Shown here piece by piece: positions 1 through 9,187 of a stretch of 49,654 nucleotides of DNA (the first letter of the stretch is position 1; every line of letters starts with the position of its first letter). The notes under the pieces were generated by a model. That model ran no database searches. It was not told the origin of the DNA and was given only the letters and a program-made list of their open reading frames with translations. The DNA comes from Planctomycetota bacterium (GTDB lineage Bacteria; Planctomycetota; Phycisphaerae; WQYP01), in NCBI GenBank assembly GCA_021804985.1, contig JAJZGD010000004.1, positions 1 through 49,654 on the forward strand. Reading direction: 5' to 3'. The position numbers and the translations under genes were made by a program.

Positions 1-78
1 GCGAAAGTTAATTGTTATTCTGAATGTTATGCTTCGGGAGAATCTCACTTGGCAACAACTAAACATCGTAAAAACAAC

Positions 79-107
79 TTGACATCCAACACAGCCGCTT
101 GTATGTT
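79..107 (+). promoter_or_regulatory. Candidate sigma70 promoter for the small ORF at 138
   Basis: TTGACA (79-84), 17-nt spacer, TATGTT (102-107). An imperfect inverted repeat ACTTGACAT...ATGTTCAAGT overlaps both boxes. Confidence 0.45.
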
Positions 108-137
108 CAAGTCTAAGAGGATGTTCCTCCCTAATAC

Positions 138-392
138 GTGGTCAAGATCGTGGATATGGAGAAGTTTATGTCCAGACGGCCCCACGGAACTCATATGCAC
201 GTTAACCATTATTATGGGGATATCGTGGTGCCCCCCCCGCCTCGGCCCGATTGGGGCCGTAGGGTGATAGGCATCCTTATTTGGTTGCTTATTTTGTACC
301 TTGTAATTAAATTTTGGTGGTGGGTTGTCGTCTTGGCTATATTTGCCATCATTAGCGCTGCAGTGGTTGCCGTGGTGCGAGAGCTGCATTGA
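138..392 (+). CDS. Small hypothetical membrane protein
   Basis: 84-aa ORF with a PPPPRP stretch, then a long hydrophobic run (VIGILIWLLILYLVIKFWWWVVVLAIFAIISAAVVAVV). Preceded by a promoter-like sequence. Start codon uncertain. Confidence 0.55.
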   Translation: MVKIVDMEKFMSRRPHGTHMHVNHYYGDIVVPPPPRPDWGRRVIGILIWLLILYLVIKFWWWVVVLAIFAIISAAVVAVVRELH

Positions 393-607
393 TTGCCGTC
401 GCGCGATTCCATAAGCAATTGAGCAATATTGATTGAGCGTGGTCGACGGCCGGAGCTATTGTCAAAGGTTGTCGATGGCATCATAAATCAAGCGGCGATA
501 GTTTCGGCCTGTGGTCTGACTCCGTCCATGAAGCGAGCGCCGCGAATGACATCCTGAAGTAGCGCACTTGCGTTACGCGTTCACCAACGTCGTGGGGCGT
601 TACATCG

Positions 608-751
608 GCAATCAACCGCCTTGGGATACCTGGATTGGTACAGCTGCACAAGCGGATTGAACGCTTGGTTGGCTCCGGCTTTGGCTTCCGCCATGTAATT
701 TTTGTGAATCGATGATTTGGCGGACGACATCTTTTGCACCGAAGTTCGCAG
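608..751 (-). mobile_element. IS256-family transposase remnant
   Basis: Manual minus-strand translation gives LRTSVQKMSSAKSSIHKNYMAEAKAGANQAFNPLVQLYQSRYPKAVDC. This resembles the IS256 segment K-S-V-Q-x-x-A-K-x-x-I-H-x-I-Y-M-A...F...Y-x-x-K-Y-P-K-A-V-x-C. No full ORF or terminal repeats seen. Confidence 0.55.
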
Positions 752-852
752 GTTAAATTAGCAGACAGATGTAGACGGCGCAGCGTAACTGGCGACGTTA
801 GCGCCGACGCAGCATGTTTTAGACTATTGATGCCGTGGTTGCGCTGGGTGAC

Positions 853-1119
853 ATGCGGCAGAATCCCTGGGGCGGCATTAAATTTCGAAGAGAGATTTTG
901 AAATGCGATCAAGGCCGTCAGCTCCACGAGCGCATCCGGCGGCCACTGGGCGACGAGTTTGGCCCGCAAGTCGTCATCGACTTTATTAAGCGTCATGGCC
1001 TCGGCGTATCGAAGCGCTAATTGCTCTTCGGCGGAATACAGATCGAGCCGGGCTGTCCAATCCTGTAAAGCGACGATTTTTTCTTCGCTGATGCCGCGCT
1101 TCCGGCGGGTTGCCGTTGC
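853..1119 (-). pseudogene. Carboxymuconolactone decarboxylase/AhpD-family remnant (C-terminal half only)
   Basis: Extending the 481..996 frame upstream gives RKRGISEEKIVALQDW...YSAEEQLALRYAEAMT...VDDDLRAKL...ALVELTALIAFQNLSSKFNAA, typical of AhpD-like proteins. The N-terminus with CxxC is missing, and the frame runs on into unrelated sequence. Confidence 0.7.
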
Positions 1120-1127
1120 GCCGCTGC

Positions 1128-3719
1128 TCAGGCCGGTTGAAATCCTTTCCGCATTTCTGGTGCGATGTCATAAATGCTGCGCAGCTTCAGGCGCCGCAAA
1201 ATTTCAGCATGGGGCAATGGCGTGTCGAGGGTAATATAAACCGTGTGGGGGCGCCCCGGATAAAGGTGCAGGAAATTATCCGAATAGGCGGCGCGGCTAT
1301 CGGGGATATCCGCCCAAAACCATAGGGCGGGGGCATCGGCGGTAACGGTTAGCTGATATTGCCTGCCGGCACCGCGGAGGGATGAGTGGAGTGTTGGCTT
1401 GGACAATTTCAGTTCGACCGGGCGGACGAATAGCAGCATGTTTTCGGCCACGGTAAGGCCATCGATTACCACGCGGGGCCAGATCAAAAGATTTTCCGCG
1501 CCGTGCTGCCGGAGCAGATCGGAGAAATCGAGCGAGCAAGCGAGATGGCTGGATCGTGGCGGGATATCAACGGAATTAAAGCCGCGGGTAAGTTCGGCGC
1601 CTGAAAGATTTGTAACCGTCCAGTGCAGTTCCCCGTGCGCCGCCGTCTGCCGATCGCTGGTGATGTAAAGAGGCATCAATCCGGTTTTGGTATTGGGGAT
1701 GCCACTAACCATGATGGGCGCGAAAAAATGCCGCGATTGATATAAGACGGCCTTCCAGCGGCGTTCGTAGTCAATCATGGACCAGGTTGGGCCGACCCAG
1801 GAATCATTAAATTGCCAGATGGTTGCGGCCATGGATCGGGGCATATCGCGGCGCCAATGCTCAACGCCGAAGCGCATGGCGTAGGCCTGGTTAATTTGGG
1901 TAAGCCATAGGGCCGAATCAAAATTATCAGGCGTTGCGCCGAAATACATGTTGGTGTAATGCATAATAATGCCAATGCCATGGCCGCTGCCGTCCAATTC
2001 ATGGTAGCGCATGACGGGCGAGTGAATCGAGGTGCGATCGGCGGCATCCGTATAGGTGCGGACGGTGGCGGGTGCAGGAAAGCTTTGCATGCCGAATTCC
2101 GTCACAAAGCCCTCAATCTGCCGATAAGATTCGACGGGGGCATTGCCATGCCACACGGCCCATGTATGGATGTCGCCGCTGCCGGCGGCGCCACTGCCCA
2201 CTTCGTAAAAGGAGCCGGGCAGCAATCGATGAACGGTCGATCCGATGACATCGCGAAACAATTTGTAATACCCCTTGAAATCCGCGATTTCGTTATTGCC
2301 GCTCCAGATAACAATGGACGGATGGTTGCGGCAGCGGCGGACCTGCTCATCCACTTCTGCGCGCAGGTTGTCCATCCACTGCGTATCGTGAACGGGGTAC
2401 GTATCATTGGCGAATTTGAACTCGAATTGCAGCATAATTCCCAATTCATCGCAGAGATCAAAAAGTTGTTCAGGCTCATAGTAGCCGCCGCCCCAAAGGC
2501 GAATGAAGTTAAAATTGCATTGAACGGCGGTCTGAATGTAGTACTTAATGATTTCGGGTGTTACGCGGGTGGGCAGATTATCCGCTGGTACCCAGTCGGC
2601 CCCTTTTACGAACACAGGCAGGCCGTTGATCTGCACATGCATGGCCACGCCGTTTGCCGGTGGCAGAACTTCAACTTTTCGCAGGCCGATGCGTTGCGTT
2701 TTGGTGTCGAGCAAACCGTGCGGCCCTATGAGGCGTGCTACGACGGTGTAAAGGGGATGTTCCCCCATGCCGTTGGGCCACCAGAGCTTGGGGCTTGCAA
2801 GCGTCAGGCTCAGATTGGTTTGGGGATCCGTAGCCGGGGCTGATTGATGTGCGACCATTTTTCCGGCCTGCAGCACTGTCACCTCCAGTCGGCTGCCGGT
2901 GGCAGGGGAAAATATCCGGGCTTGGATTTCCAGTGTAACGCTGCCGGTGGGATTATGTTCCTGCAAAATACCCAGGTCGATAATTTGCGACTCGAAGGCC
3001 TGAATTTCAATGGGCTTCCAGATGCCCTGTGTCAGTAGGGGGCGGCACCAATCCCAACCCCACATGTAAGGGGCCTTGCGGATCCATGATCGCGGGTCGG
3101 GCAGGTTGATCCCGAATTTCGCCTTATACGCCGAAGATAATTGGCGCACGGTTGGCTCAAGTGTCGCAAATCGAATTCGAATTTGGTTGTTGCCCGGCTT
3201 AATGTACGGCTTAATGTCAAATGACCATGAGCGAAACATGTTGTCGGTAGTACCCAACTTTTGCCCGTTGATCCACAGAGTGGCGAGGGTATCAAGCCCG
3301 TGACATTTCAGTTGCACGTGTGGCCGTGCCAACATCTCCGGCGAAACCGTAAAGGTTCGCTCATAAAGCCAGTTCTTTTCCGCCACCCACTGATCGGGGC
3401 CGTTATCCATGCGATAATAGGGATTAGAAATTTTGCCCGCGCTCAGCAGATCGGTATAGGTGCTGCCGGGAACCGTGGCGGGCAAGGTTTCGTTCCCATC
3501 TTCCTGGCGCATGGTCCAGGCGTCGCCGGATAAATCAATTGACATGGGTTCAGCGGCGGCATGCATCTGACCGGAGGATGTCTGGGTTGTACTGCATGCC
3601 CCGAGGGCCAATGCGGTGGTGGTGGCCAGCGCCGCCTGAATGATCTGGCGGCGATTCACGCCGGAGCCAGCGGGCGTGCCATCGGTTGCCGGCTTCATGG
3701 CAGATGCATTTTCAATCAT
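1128..3719 (-). CDS. Glycoside hydrolase family 2, beta-mannosidase-like; Tat-exported lipoprotein
   Basis: Motifs RKAPYMWGWDW, FIRLWGGGYYE, NHPSIVIWSGNNE, FVTEFGMQS and WQFND. N-terminal RRQII plus lipobox LGAC. ATG at 3719 follows GGAG (the ORF track starts at TTG 3725). Confidence 0.9.
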   Translation of the reverse strand: MIENASAMKPATDGTPAGSGVNRRQIIQAALATTTALALGACSTTQTSSGQMHAAAEPMSIDLSGDAWTMRQEDGNETLPATVPGSTYTDLLSAGKISNPYYRMDNGPDQWVAEKNWLYERTFTVSPEMLARPHVQLKCHGLDTLATLWINGQKLGTTDNMFRSWSFDIKPYIKPGNNQIRIRFATLEPTVRQLSSAYKAKFGINLPDPRSWIRKAPYMWGWDWCRPLLTQGIWKPIEIQAFESQIIDLGILQEHNPTGSVTLEIQARIFSPATGSRLEVTVLQAGKMVAHQSAPATDPQTNLSLTLASPKLWWPNGMGEHPLYTVVARLIGPHGLLDTKTQRIGLRKVEVLPPANGVAMHVQINGLPVFVKGADWVPADNLPTRVTPEIIKYYIQTAVQCNFNFIRLWGGGYYEPEQLFDLCDELGIMLQFEFKFANDTYPVHDTQWMDNLRAEVDEQVRRCRNHPSIVIWSGNNEIADFKGYYKLFRDVIGSTVHRLLPGSFYEVGSGAAGSGDIHTWAVWHGNAPVESYRQIEGFVTEFGMQSFPAPATVRTYTDAADRTSIHSPVMRYHELDGSGHGIGIIMHYTNMYFGATPDNFDSALWLTQINQAYAMRFGVEHWRRDMPRSMAATIWQFNDSWVGPTWSMIDYERRWKAVLYQSRHFFAPIMVSGIPNTKTGLMPLYITSDRQTAAHGELHWTVTNLSGAELTRGFNSVDIPPRSSHLACSLDFSDLLRQHGAENLLIWPRVVIDGLTVAENMLLFVRPVELKLSKPTLHSSLRGAGRQYQLTVTADAPALWFWADIPDSRAAYSDNFLHLYPGRPHTVYITLDTPLPHAEILRRLKLRSIYDIAPEMRKGFQPA

Positions 3720-3818
3720 TGACAATACTCCATATAAACACTTTGGCGGGTCCTCAAGTGAATCATGTTTAAGCCGGCTGACGAGCAGGGGGGCCGTTTA
3801 ACCATGGCTGGCGCCGCT

Positions 3819-4991
3819 TCATTGCAGACTCCGCAATCCCAAGGCCTTAACCCATGCGGCATCCGGCTGGATGTGGCCATATTTGCGTGAACAAAGCCCA
3901 TAGCCGGCACTCTGATAATCCCAGAGCAACCATCCGATGCGATGCGCTTCTAAGGCGGTGCGAACCGCGGTCAGCCAATGAGAGCAGGCGCCGGGGAGCG
4001 ACACCGTTCTAAGTACGCCGAATTCACCGCAAAGGACGGGTACCCGATGAATATTTCGCCACGCGGCCACCCTGGCAATAATGTCCGCGAGTTTGGCGGG
4101 TGTCCAGCGCCGCCTTCCATACTGCATGACTTCACTCACGCCAAGTTTGCCCGTGGCAAGTTTGATCGCCGCGCCAACGACCTGCGGATTTGAAGGAAAT
4201 GGTAGTCTCGATATGTCCATCCAACCGCGATAACCCCAGTTGGCGCCTTGTTGGGTGAGCAGGTGGGGGGTGTAAAAGTGAAACGTGTAGATCACGTTTT
4301 GTACAGGCCATGGCTGCATGCGGAGGATATCCTTCGGATTATCCCATCGGGCGGCAGGTGCCACAATCGTAAAGCCCGGGGCAGAACGCTGAATGGTGCG
4401 AATAAGGTTTATTTCAAGCGGGTACCAGGTTGGCGGATTGAGATTTGGCTCATTGAGCAATTCAAAAAACACCATCGCGGGATTTGTGCCTTTGAGCGCA
4501 GCGCTTAAGCGCTTCCAGAATTGCACAAAGTGTTTGCGAGCAGTAGCGCTGGTTTTCAGATCACGGGTGAATTGCCGATCGGGATGAATATCCACCATGA
4601 CCGCCAGATGATTTTTATTGGCCAGCGAAAGCGCGGCGATAAGATCCGCCACACGGCGGCGGGGGAGGTGGGGGCGGTGGGTCGGGGAAAAATTAAAAAC
4701 GTCAAGAGGATCAATCGGAAGGCGTACACAGTTCAGCCCGAGGCGATGGAGCAATTGCAAATCTCGGGGGCCGATGAAATGGCGCAGATGCCGCCCCGTA
4801 TGCGGATCGCCACGCCAGATATAGTTAAACCAGCCGGAAAGATTGACGCCCCGTGTCAGATGGGCGAGCCGGCGAGCCGGTACGCCTGCGATATTGGTGG
4901 CCAGGGGCGTTCGGGCACTGGCCAGCGATGCCAAACAGGTCGCAAAAGCCAGAGTGCAGGCCGCAAAAAGCGGCGCCAAGCGTAGCTTCAT
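3819..4991 (-). CDS. Glycoside hydrolase family 5 (cellulase family), secreted
   Basis: RGVNLSGWF, VRLPID, FELLNEP (acid/base), FHFY and CGEFG (nucleophile), GWLLW. N-terminal signal peptide. Start 4991 (ATG) or 5003 (TTG). Confidence 0.88.
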   Translation of the reverse strand: MKLRLAPLFAACTLAFATCLASLASARTPLATNIAGVPARRLAHLTRGVNLSGWFNYIWRGDPHTGRHLRHFIGPRDLQLLHRLGLNCVRLPIDPLDVFNFSPTHRPHLPRRRVADLIAALSLANKNHLAVMVDIHPDRQFTRDLKTSATARKHFVQFWKRLSAALKGTNPAMVFFELLNEPNLNPPTWYPLEINLIRTIQRSAPGFTIVAPAARWDNPKDILRMQPWPVQNVIYTFHFYTPHLLTQQGANWGYRGWMDISRLPFPSNPQVVGAAIKLATGKLGVSEVMQYGRRRWTPAKLADIIARVAAWRNIHRVPVLCGEFGVLRTVSLPGACSHWLTAVRTALEAHRIGWLLWDYQSAGYGLCSRKYGHIQPDAAWVKALGLRSLQ

Positions 4992-5131
4992 TCGTGTATC
5001 CAAAAATGTCCATCACCACCCGATAGGGCTTCAACGCGGGTCTATGCGGGATATTGCAGCGGGCTACCCACCACGCTTGATATCGGCGGCGGATATGGCG
5101 CCCGATACGCGGGCAAAGCGCCGACCAAAGC

Positions 5132-7231
5132 TTATCCCGCGGGAATGTTGGCTCGCGCCAATACCCGGACACCCTGCTGAAATTTGTACGACGCCGCTTG
5201 AAAATGACCGTGACCATTGTTGGCCGCAGAACTATTCAGCAGCATGCAGGCTTCGGCGATGTTCGGCCATGCAAAGCCGCATATGGCTTCGGCGGGCGGC
5301 GGGGCGGTGGTTTGCAGATAGGCTGTGCTCCAGAGCGCCGGATTGGCAGTCAGCTTTGGCGTGATCTCCTTGGCCGCTCGATAAATCGACGTGATGGCCG
5401 CGTCTGCAGTAGAAAACGATATCCATGCATCCGACGCATTGGTAAGGCCGGTGTCCTTCTGGTACCGGTGGGCCACGGCCTGCTCCAATTGATTTTTAAG
5501 CGCGTGGCGCGCGCCTGTCGAAAGATGCCATCCACCCCAAAGATTCATCCGTGCGATGGGTTTGGATGCCGAAAGCATCCATGCCAGGCGGCTGGTGGCG
5601 CGTAAAAGCCGCATTTGTTCATCGAGCTTTTCGACAAGTGCGGCGGGAGCAGGCTTTCGGGTCGCCAGAGAATTAATAATGCCACGCTGGGTCTTTTTAA
5701 AATCTTCCGCAAACAACGTAAAGCGCCCGGACGAAAGTCGGTTTTGAATGCCAGCCGACGCCGAATGCAGCATTTGCAGGTGAATGCCAGCCAGTATTTT
5801 TAGCGCCCCACGGAACCGGTCGAATTGCTGAGCCCCTTCACTCATAGCCCCGGGTGCCATGCCGATGTGCACGGCCCAGCGCGCCAGATTCAAAGATGCC
5901 CCGCGCTGCGGGATCGGCTTATAGAGCAGCGCTTCGGAAAGCATTTGCGGCATTTGCGAGAGGCGTTTGAGATTACCCGTGATGACCTCCATCGACTCGG
6001 CCGCCTGTCCCAACTCGCCGATCATCACGCCGTGGCGCAGGGAATGCACGGTTTGAACAATCTGCGCCTCGCCAGATTTTACCACGCGATGCCACGCAAT
6101 GCGGTAAGCGGCCGGCGGCGATTGTTTTTCCACCGCGGAAAATTTCCGGGCCTTAACGAGAAAGGAATTAATGGCGTCGAGTTGATGCACCTCGCGCCGC
6201 GGATGGTGGGACTGATCAAGAGCAGACATGATCTGGTGCACCCGGCGATCCATCACCCGCCGCGACACGGCGGACATGGGCGTTCCGGCAATCAGTTCCA
6301 TGGAATGGACAATCCTGCCGATGAATTCCAGCCGCCGAATGGCGCTATTGCGTGTACGCGGATCTTTGAAAAACAGAAGCCCCAGCATCAGGCGATGGTT
6401 GAATGCCGCCTGCGCATTGAGACTTAATATCGACACTTGTTGCAGATGTTGCGCCAGCCGCAGGCACTGCAAAATGACACGGTAATACACCGCGGCCGTG
6501 GCATTATGGGGGTTGTCGGCCAGCTGGGCTTGAATTTGCGTCAGCACGCTGCGGAAAATATGCCGCAGGTGCGGCGTGATATTCACCTGTTCAAGGGATG
6601 CCAGCGTCTGGGCGATGGGGGGTATTTTGGCCTTGTTCGGCAGATACGCCGGTGCAGGCGCGTAGGTATACACCGGCCAGATGACCGCGGTAGAGGCGAC
6701 GAAATTGGGCGTTTCCACGCTCATCAGTGGGGCAAGCGGGCCCAAAAGTTTAGCGGTGTATGTATTGAGGCTTCTTGCATTGATGATGGCCGCATTGACG
6801 CCGACCGATGCCTTCTGAAATTTTTTCAGCGCGGATTCAACATGCGATGCCAATGGCGGATTCGCGAACTGTGCCGCAATCAGCGTGGCAAACACGGGAT
6901 AACTTTTTCGCAATCGATCGGCCTTAAGCATTAACGCTCCGCGGAGTGATGCATCGCGCGTGTGCATGGCCGTTTGATAATAGTGGCGGATGATGAGGAG
7001 ATAGGTTTCGTCCACGGCCGACGCAGAAATATGCACGCTGGAAACACGCGGCATCTTGAGCAGCAGTGCGCCGATCTGATCGTTAAGGGAATGGACGCGT
7101 TCCCGGGCGAGGCTAAAAGGGCGGTGAAGTTGGCTGAACAAGCCGGCATACACGGGAATCAGCGACGAAAAAAACAATCCGAAAAGTGCCGCCGCAAATT
7201 TTATCCGGTGCCGCTGAACCCGTGATGTCAT
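5132..7231 (-). CDS. Hypothetical secreted protein, 699 aa
   Basis: Long ORF whose start overlaps the upstream GT4 stop (ATGA). Signal-peptide-like N-terminus ending VYA. No family recognised. Confidence 0.8.
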   Translation of the reverse strand: MTSRVQRHRIKFAAALFGLFFSSLIPVYAGLFSQLHRPFSLARERVHSLNDQIGALLLKMPRVSSVHISASAVDETYLLIIRHYYQTAMHTRDASLRGALMLKADRLRKSYPVFATLIAAQFANPPLASHVESALKKFQKASVGVNAAIINARSLNTYTAKLLGPLAPLMSVETPNFVASTAVIWPVYTYAPAPAYLPNKAKIPPIAQTLASLEQVNITPHLRHIFRSVLTQIQAQLADNPHNATAAVYYRVILQCLRLAQHLQQVSILSLNAQAAFNHRLMLGLLFFKDPRTRNSAIRRLEFIGRIVHSMELIAGTPMSAVSRRVMDRRVHQIMSALDQSHHPRREVHQLDAINSFLVKARKFSAVEKQSPPAAYRIAWHRVVKSGEAQIVQTVHSLRHGVMIGELGQAAESMEVITGNLKRLSQMPQMLSEALLYKPIPQRGASLNLARWAVHIGMAPGAMSEGAQQFDRFRGALKILAGIHLQMLHSASAGIQNRLSSGRFTLFAEDFKKTQRGIINSLATRKPAPAALVEKLDEQMRLLRATSRLAWMLSASKPIARMNLWGGWHLSTGARHALKNQLEQAVAHRYQKDTGLTNASDAWISFSTADAAITSIYRAAKEITPKLTANPALWSTAYLQTTAPPPAEAICGFAWPNIAEACMLLNSSAANNGHGHFQAASYKFQQGVRVLARANIPAG

Positions 7232-8397
7232 GAAGGCCTCCTGCCGATTTCCGCCAATAATTGATGATAAAGCTTGTCGAGCCTCAAGACCATATCATCG
7301 GCACTAAACTCATTTTCGGCCAGCGTGCGCCCGGCTTCGCCCATGGCACATCGCTGAGCCGCATTATCGGCCAGATGCTCAATCGCGTGCCTAAGAGCGG
7401 TGATATCCCCGGGCGGTATCAGAAGGCCCGTCTGCTCATTGCGGCAAACTTCACCGGCGCCATCGCAGTCGTAGGCAATGGTGGGAAGCCCCGCAAGCAT
7501 CGCCTGTGGTAATGCCCGGGGCAGTCCTTCGCGGTAACTCGGGTGAATGACGACATCCATGGCGGGCAACACTTCGCCGACTTGATCCGGCGGCAGCAGC
7601 CCGGTCAGCGTAAAATGTGATGCGAGGCCAACGTGCTGAATATCGGCTGTAAATTTCGCGTAAAAAATGCCATCGCCGATCCAAAGGAAATGGATGTGCG
7701 GATTGGCTTTTACCAGCAGGGGGGCGATCTTCAGGATATCCGCATGCCCCTTGAGCGGTTGCAGCCGGGCAATCGTTCCGAAGACGATTCGATCCGCAGG
7801 AATCTTTAAACTCTCCCGCATTTTTTGGCGCTGGTGCGCCGAATTTTTGAATTTATCCAGTTCCATGCCGCTGTGAATGGTCACAAACTGTTCCGGGCGC
7901 ACCACGCCCTGCGCCAGCGCCTGCCGCGCCATCGCATCCGCCACTACCACGAGTTTATCGCATCGCCTGGCGGCATAGCGTTCCAACGTGGACCACAGCC
8001 AAAACGCCGCCCGGCTCTGATAGGGATGAAAGGGCAGTCCATGAATGGTATGCACCACGACGGGGCCGCGGCCAAAAACCGCTGAACGCCCAAGAATGCC
8101 CGCCTTGCTTGAATGGGTATGCCAGATGTCGGGCCGCAGTTTGGCAGAGAGCTTTCGCAGCGACAGAAAGGCCCGCGCGTCGTGCCAGGGGTGGGGGCTG
8201 CGCACCAAATGCGGCTCAAGAATGACGGTGTATCCGCCCGCCAGGGCCCGCTCCATCAATGACCCTTCCCGACCGGGACTCGGCCCCGTCACTAAATACA
8301 CGTCATGGCCGCGCTTCTTTAATCCTTCGCATGATAAAAGTGTGTTTTCCTGCGCTCCGCCTACGATAAGTCGGGTGATGACATGCACGATTTTCAA
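7228..8397 (-). CDS. Glycosyltransferase family 4 protein
   Basis: KIVHVITRLIVGGAQ, HTHSSKAG, ARLQPLKG and EGLPRALPQAM motifs. Likely TTG start at 8397 after GGAGA (the track extends to 8490). Confidence 0.9.
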   Translation of the reverse strand: MKIVHVITRLIVGGAQENTLLSCEGLKKRGHDVYLVTGPSPGREGSLMERALAGGYTVILEPHLVRSPHPWHDARAFLSLRKLSAKLRPDIWHTHSSKAGILGRSAVFGRGPVVVHTIHGLPFHPYQSRAAFWLWSTLERYAARRCDKLVVVADAMARQALAQGVVRPEQFVTIHSGMELDKFKNSAHQRQKMRESLKIPADRIVFGTIARLQPLKGHADILKIAPLLVKANPHIHFLWIGDGIFYAKFTADIQHVGLASHFTLTGLLPPDQVGEVLPAMDVVIHPSYREGLPRALPQAMLAGLPTIAYDCDGAGEVCRNEQTGLLIPPGDITALRHAIEHLADNAAQRCAMGEAGRTLAENEFSADDMVLRLDKLYHQLLAEIGRRPS

Positions 8398-8434
8398 CTC
8401 ATATCTCCACCGCGGATCCGCATGGGTATAAAAG

Positions 8435-9187
8435 CTAAAAGCGTATCCACATAAGGCATAACCCCGCCGCCGGTGCGCACGGGCCCGCATCTATTCGACG
8501 CCCCGACTGCAGCGCGACGCTGACCTGCTCCGGCGGCAGGCGGCCACGGCCAATTTCCAAAAGTGTACCGGCCATTGTGCGAACCATGTGATAGAGAAAT
8601 CCATCTCCTTCAACACTCATAATAACCAACGGGCCGCGCTGATGAATGTCGCAGTGATAGATGTTTCGCACGGTGGTCTGTCGATCGTCCTGCCGCCCGC
8701 GAAAAGCAATAAAATCCTTTCGCCCAACGAAATATTTGCAGGCCGCCTGCATTCTCGAAATTTCCAGTTCCTGCCAATAGTGGTAAACGAAACTCCGATT
8801 AAATAGCGGACGGTCCTGGCTGCGCCAGATGACATAGCGGTAGCGCTTGCGAACGGCCCGAGTGACATCAAACTTTTGCGGCACTTCCGAGATTTCGCGG
8901 ATCAGCACATCCCGCGGCAGCCGACTATTGACGGCCATACGCAGTCGATCAGGCGTCATATCAATCGGCGCACGAAATGTGGCAACCTGTCCCCAGGCGT
9001 GCACGCCGGCATCCGTGCGCGAGGCACCCGAGATTCCCAGCGGATGATTGAGGATTTCACCCACCGCTTTTTCTACCACGCGTTGTACCGTCATCACCGG
9101 ATCGGGTTGACGCTGCCATCCGCTGTATGCGGTGCCATCGTAGGCGATGGTCAGTTTGTATTGGGGGATATAGGGAATCTCATCCAT
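8435..9187 (-). CDS. truA: tRNA pseudouridine(38-40) synthase TruA
   Basis: YDGTAYSGWQRQ, ASRTDAGVHAWGQV, FLYHMVR and APAAGLCL motifs. Confidence 0.95.
   Translation of the reverse strand: MDEIPYIPQYKLTIAYDGTAYSGWQRQPDPVMTVQRVVEKAVGEILNHPLGISGASRTDAGVHAWGQVATFRAPIDMTPDRLRMAVNSRLPRDVLIREISEVPQKFDVTRAVRKRYRYVIWRSQDRPLFNRSFVYHYWQELEISRMQAACKYFVGRKDFIAFRGRQDDRQTTVRNIYHCDIHQRGPLVIMSVEGDGFLYHMVRTMAGTLLEIGRGRLPPEQVSVALQSGRRIDAGPCAPAAGLCLMWIRF

Noticed and set aside
481-996. 171-aa ORF as a real gene
   Set aside because: Only the first ~48 aa are AhpD-like; the rest is read-through across non-coding sequence and the IS remnant in another frame.
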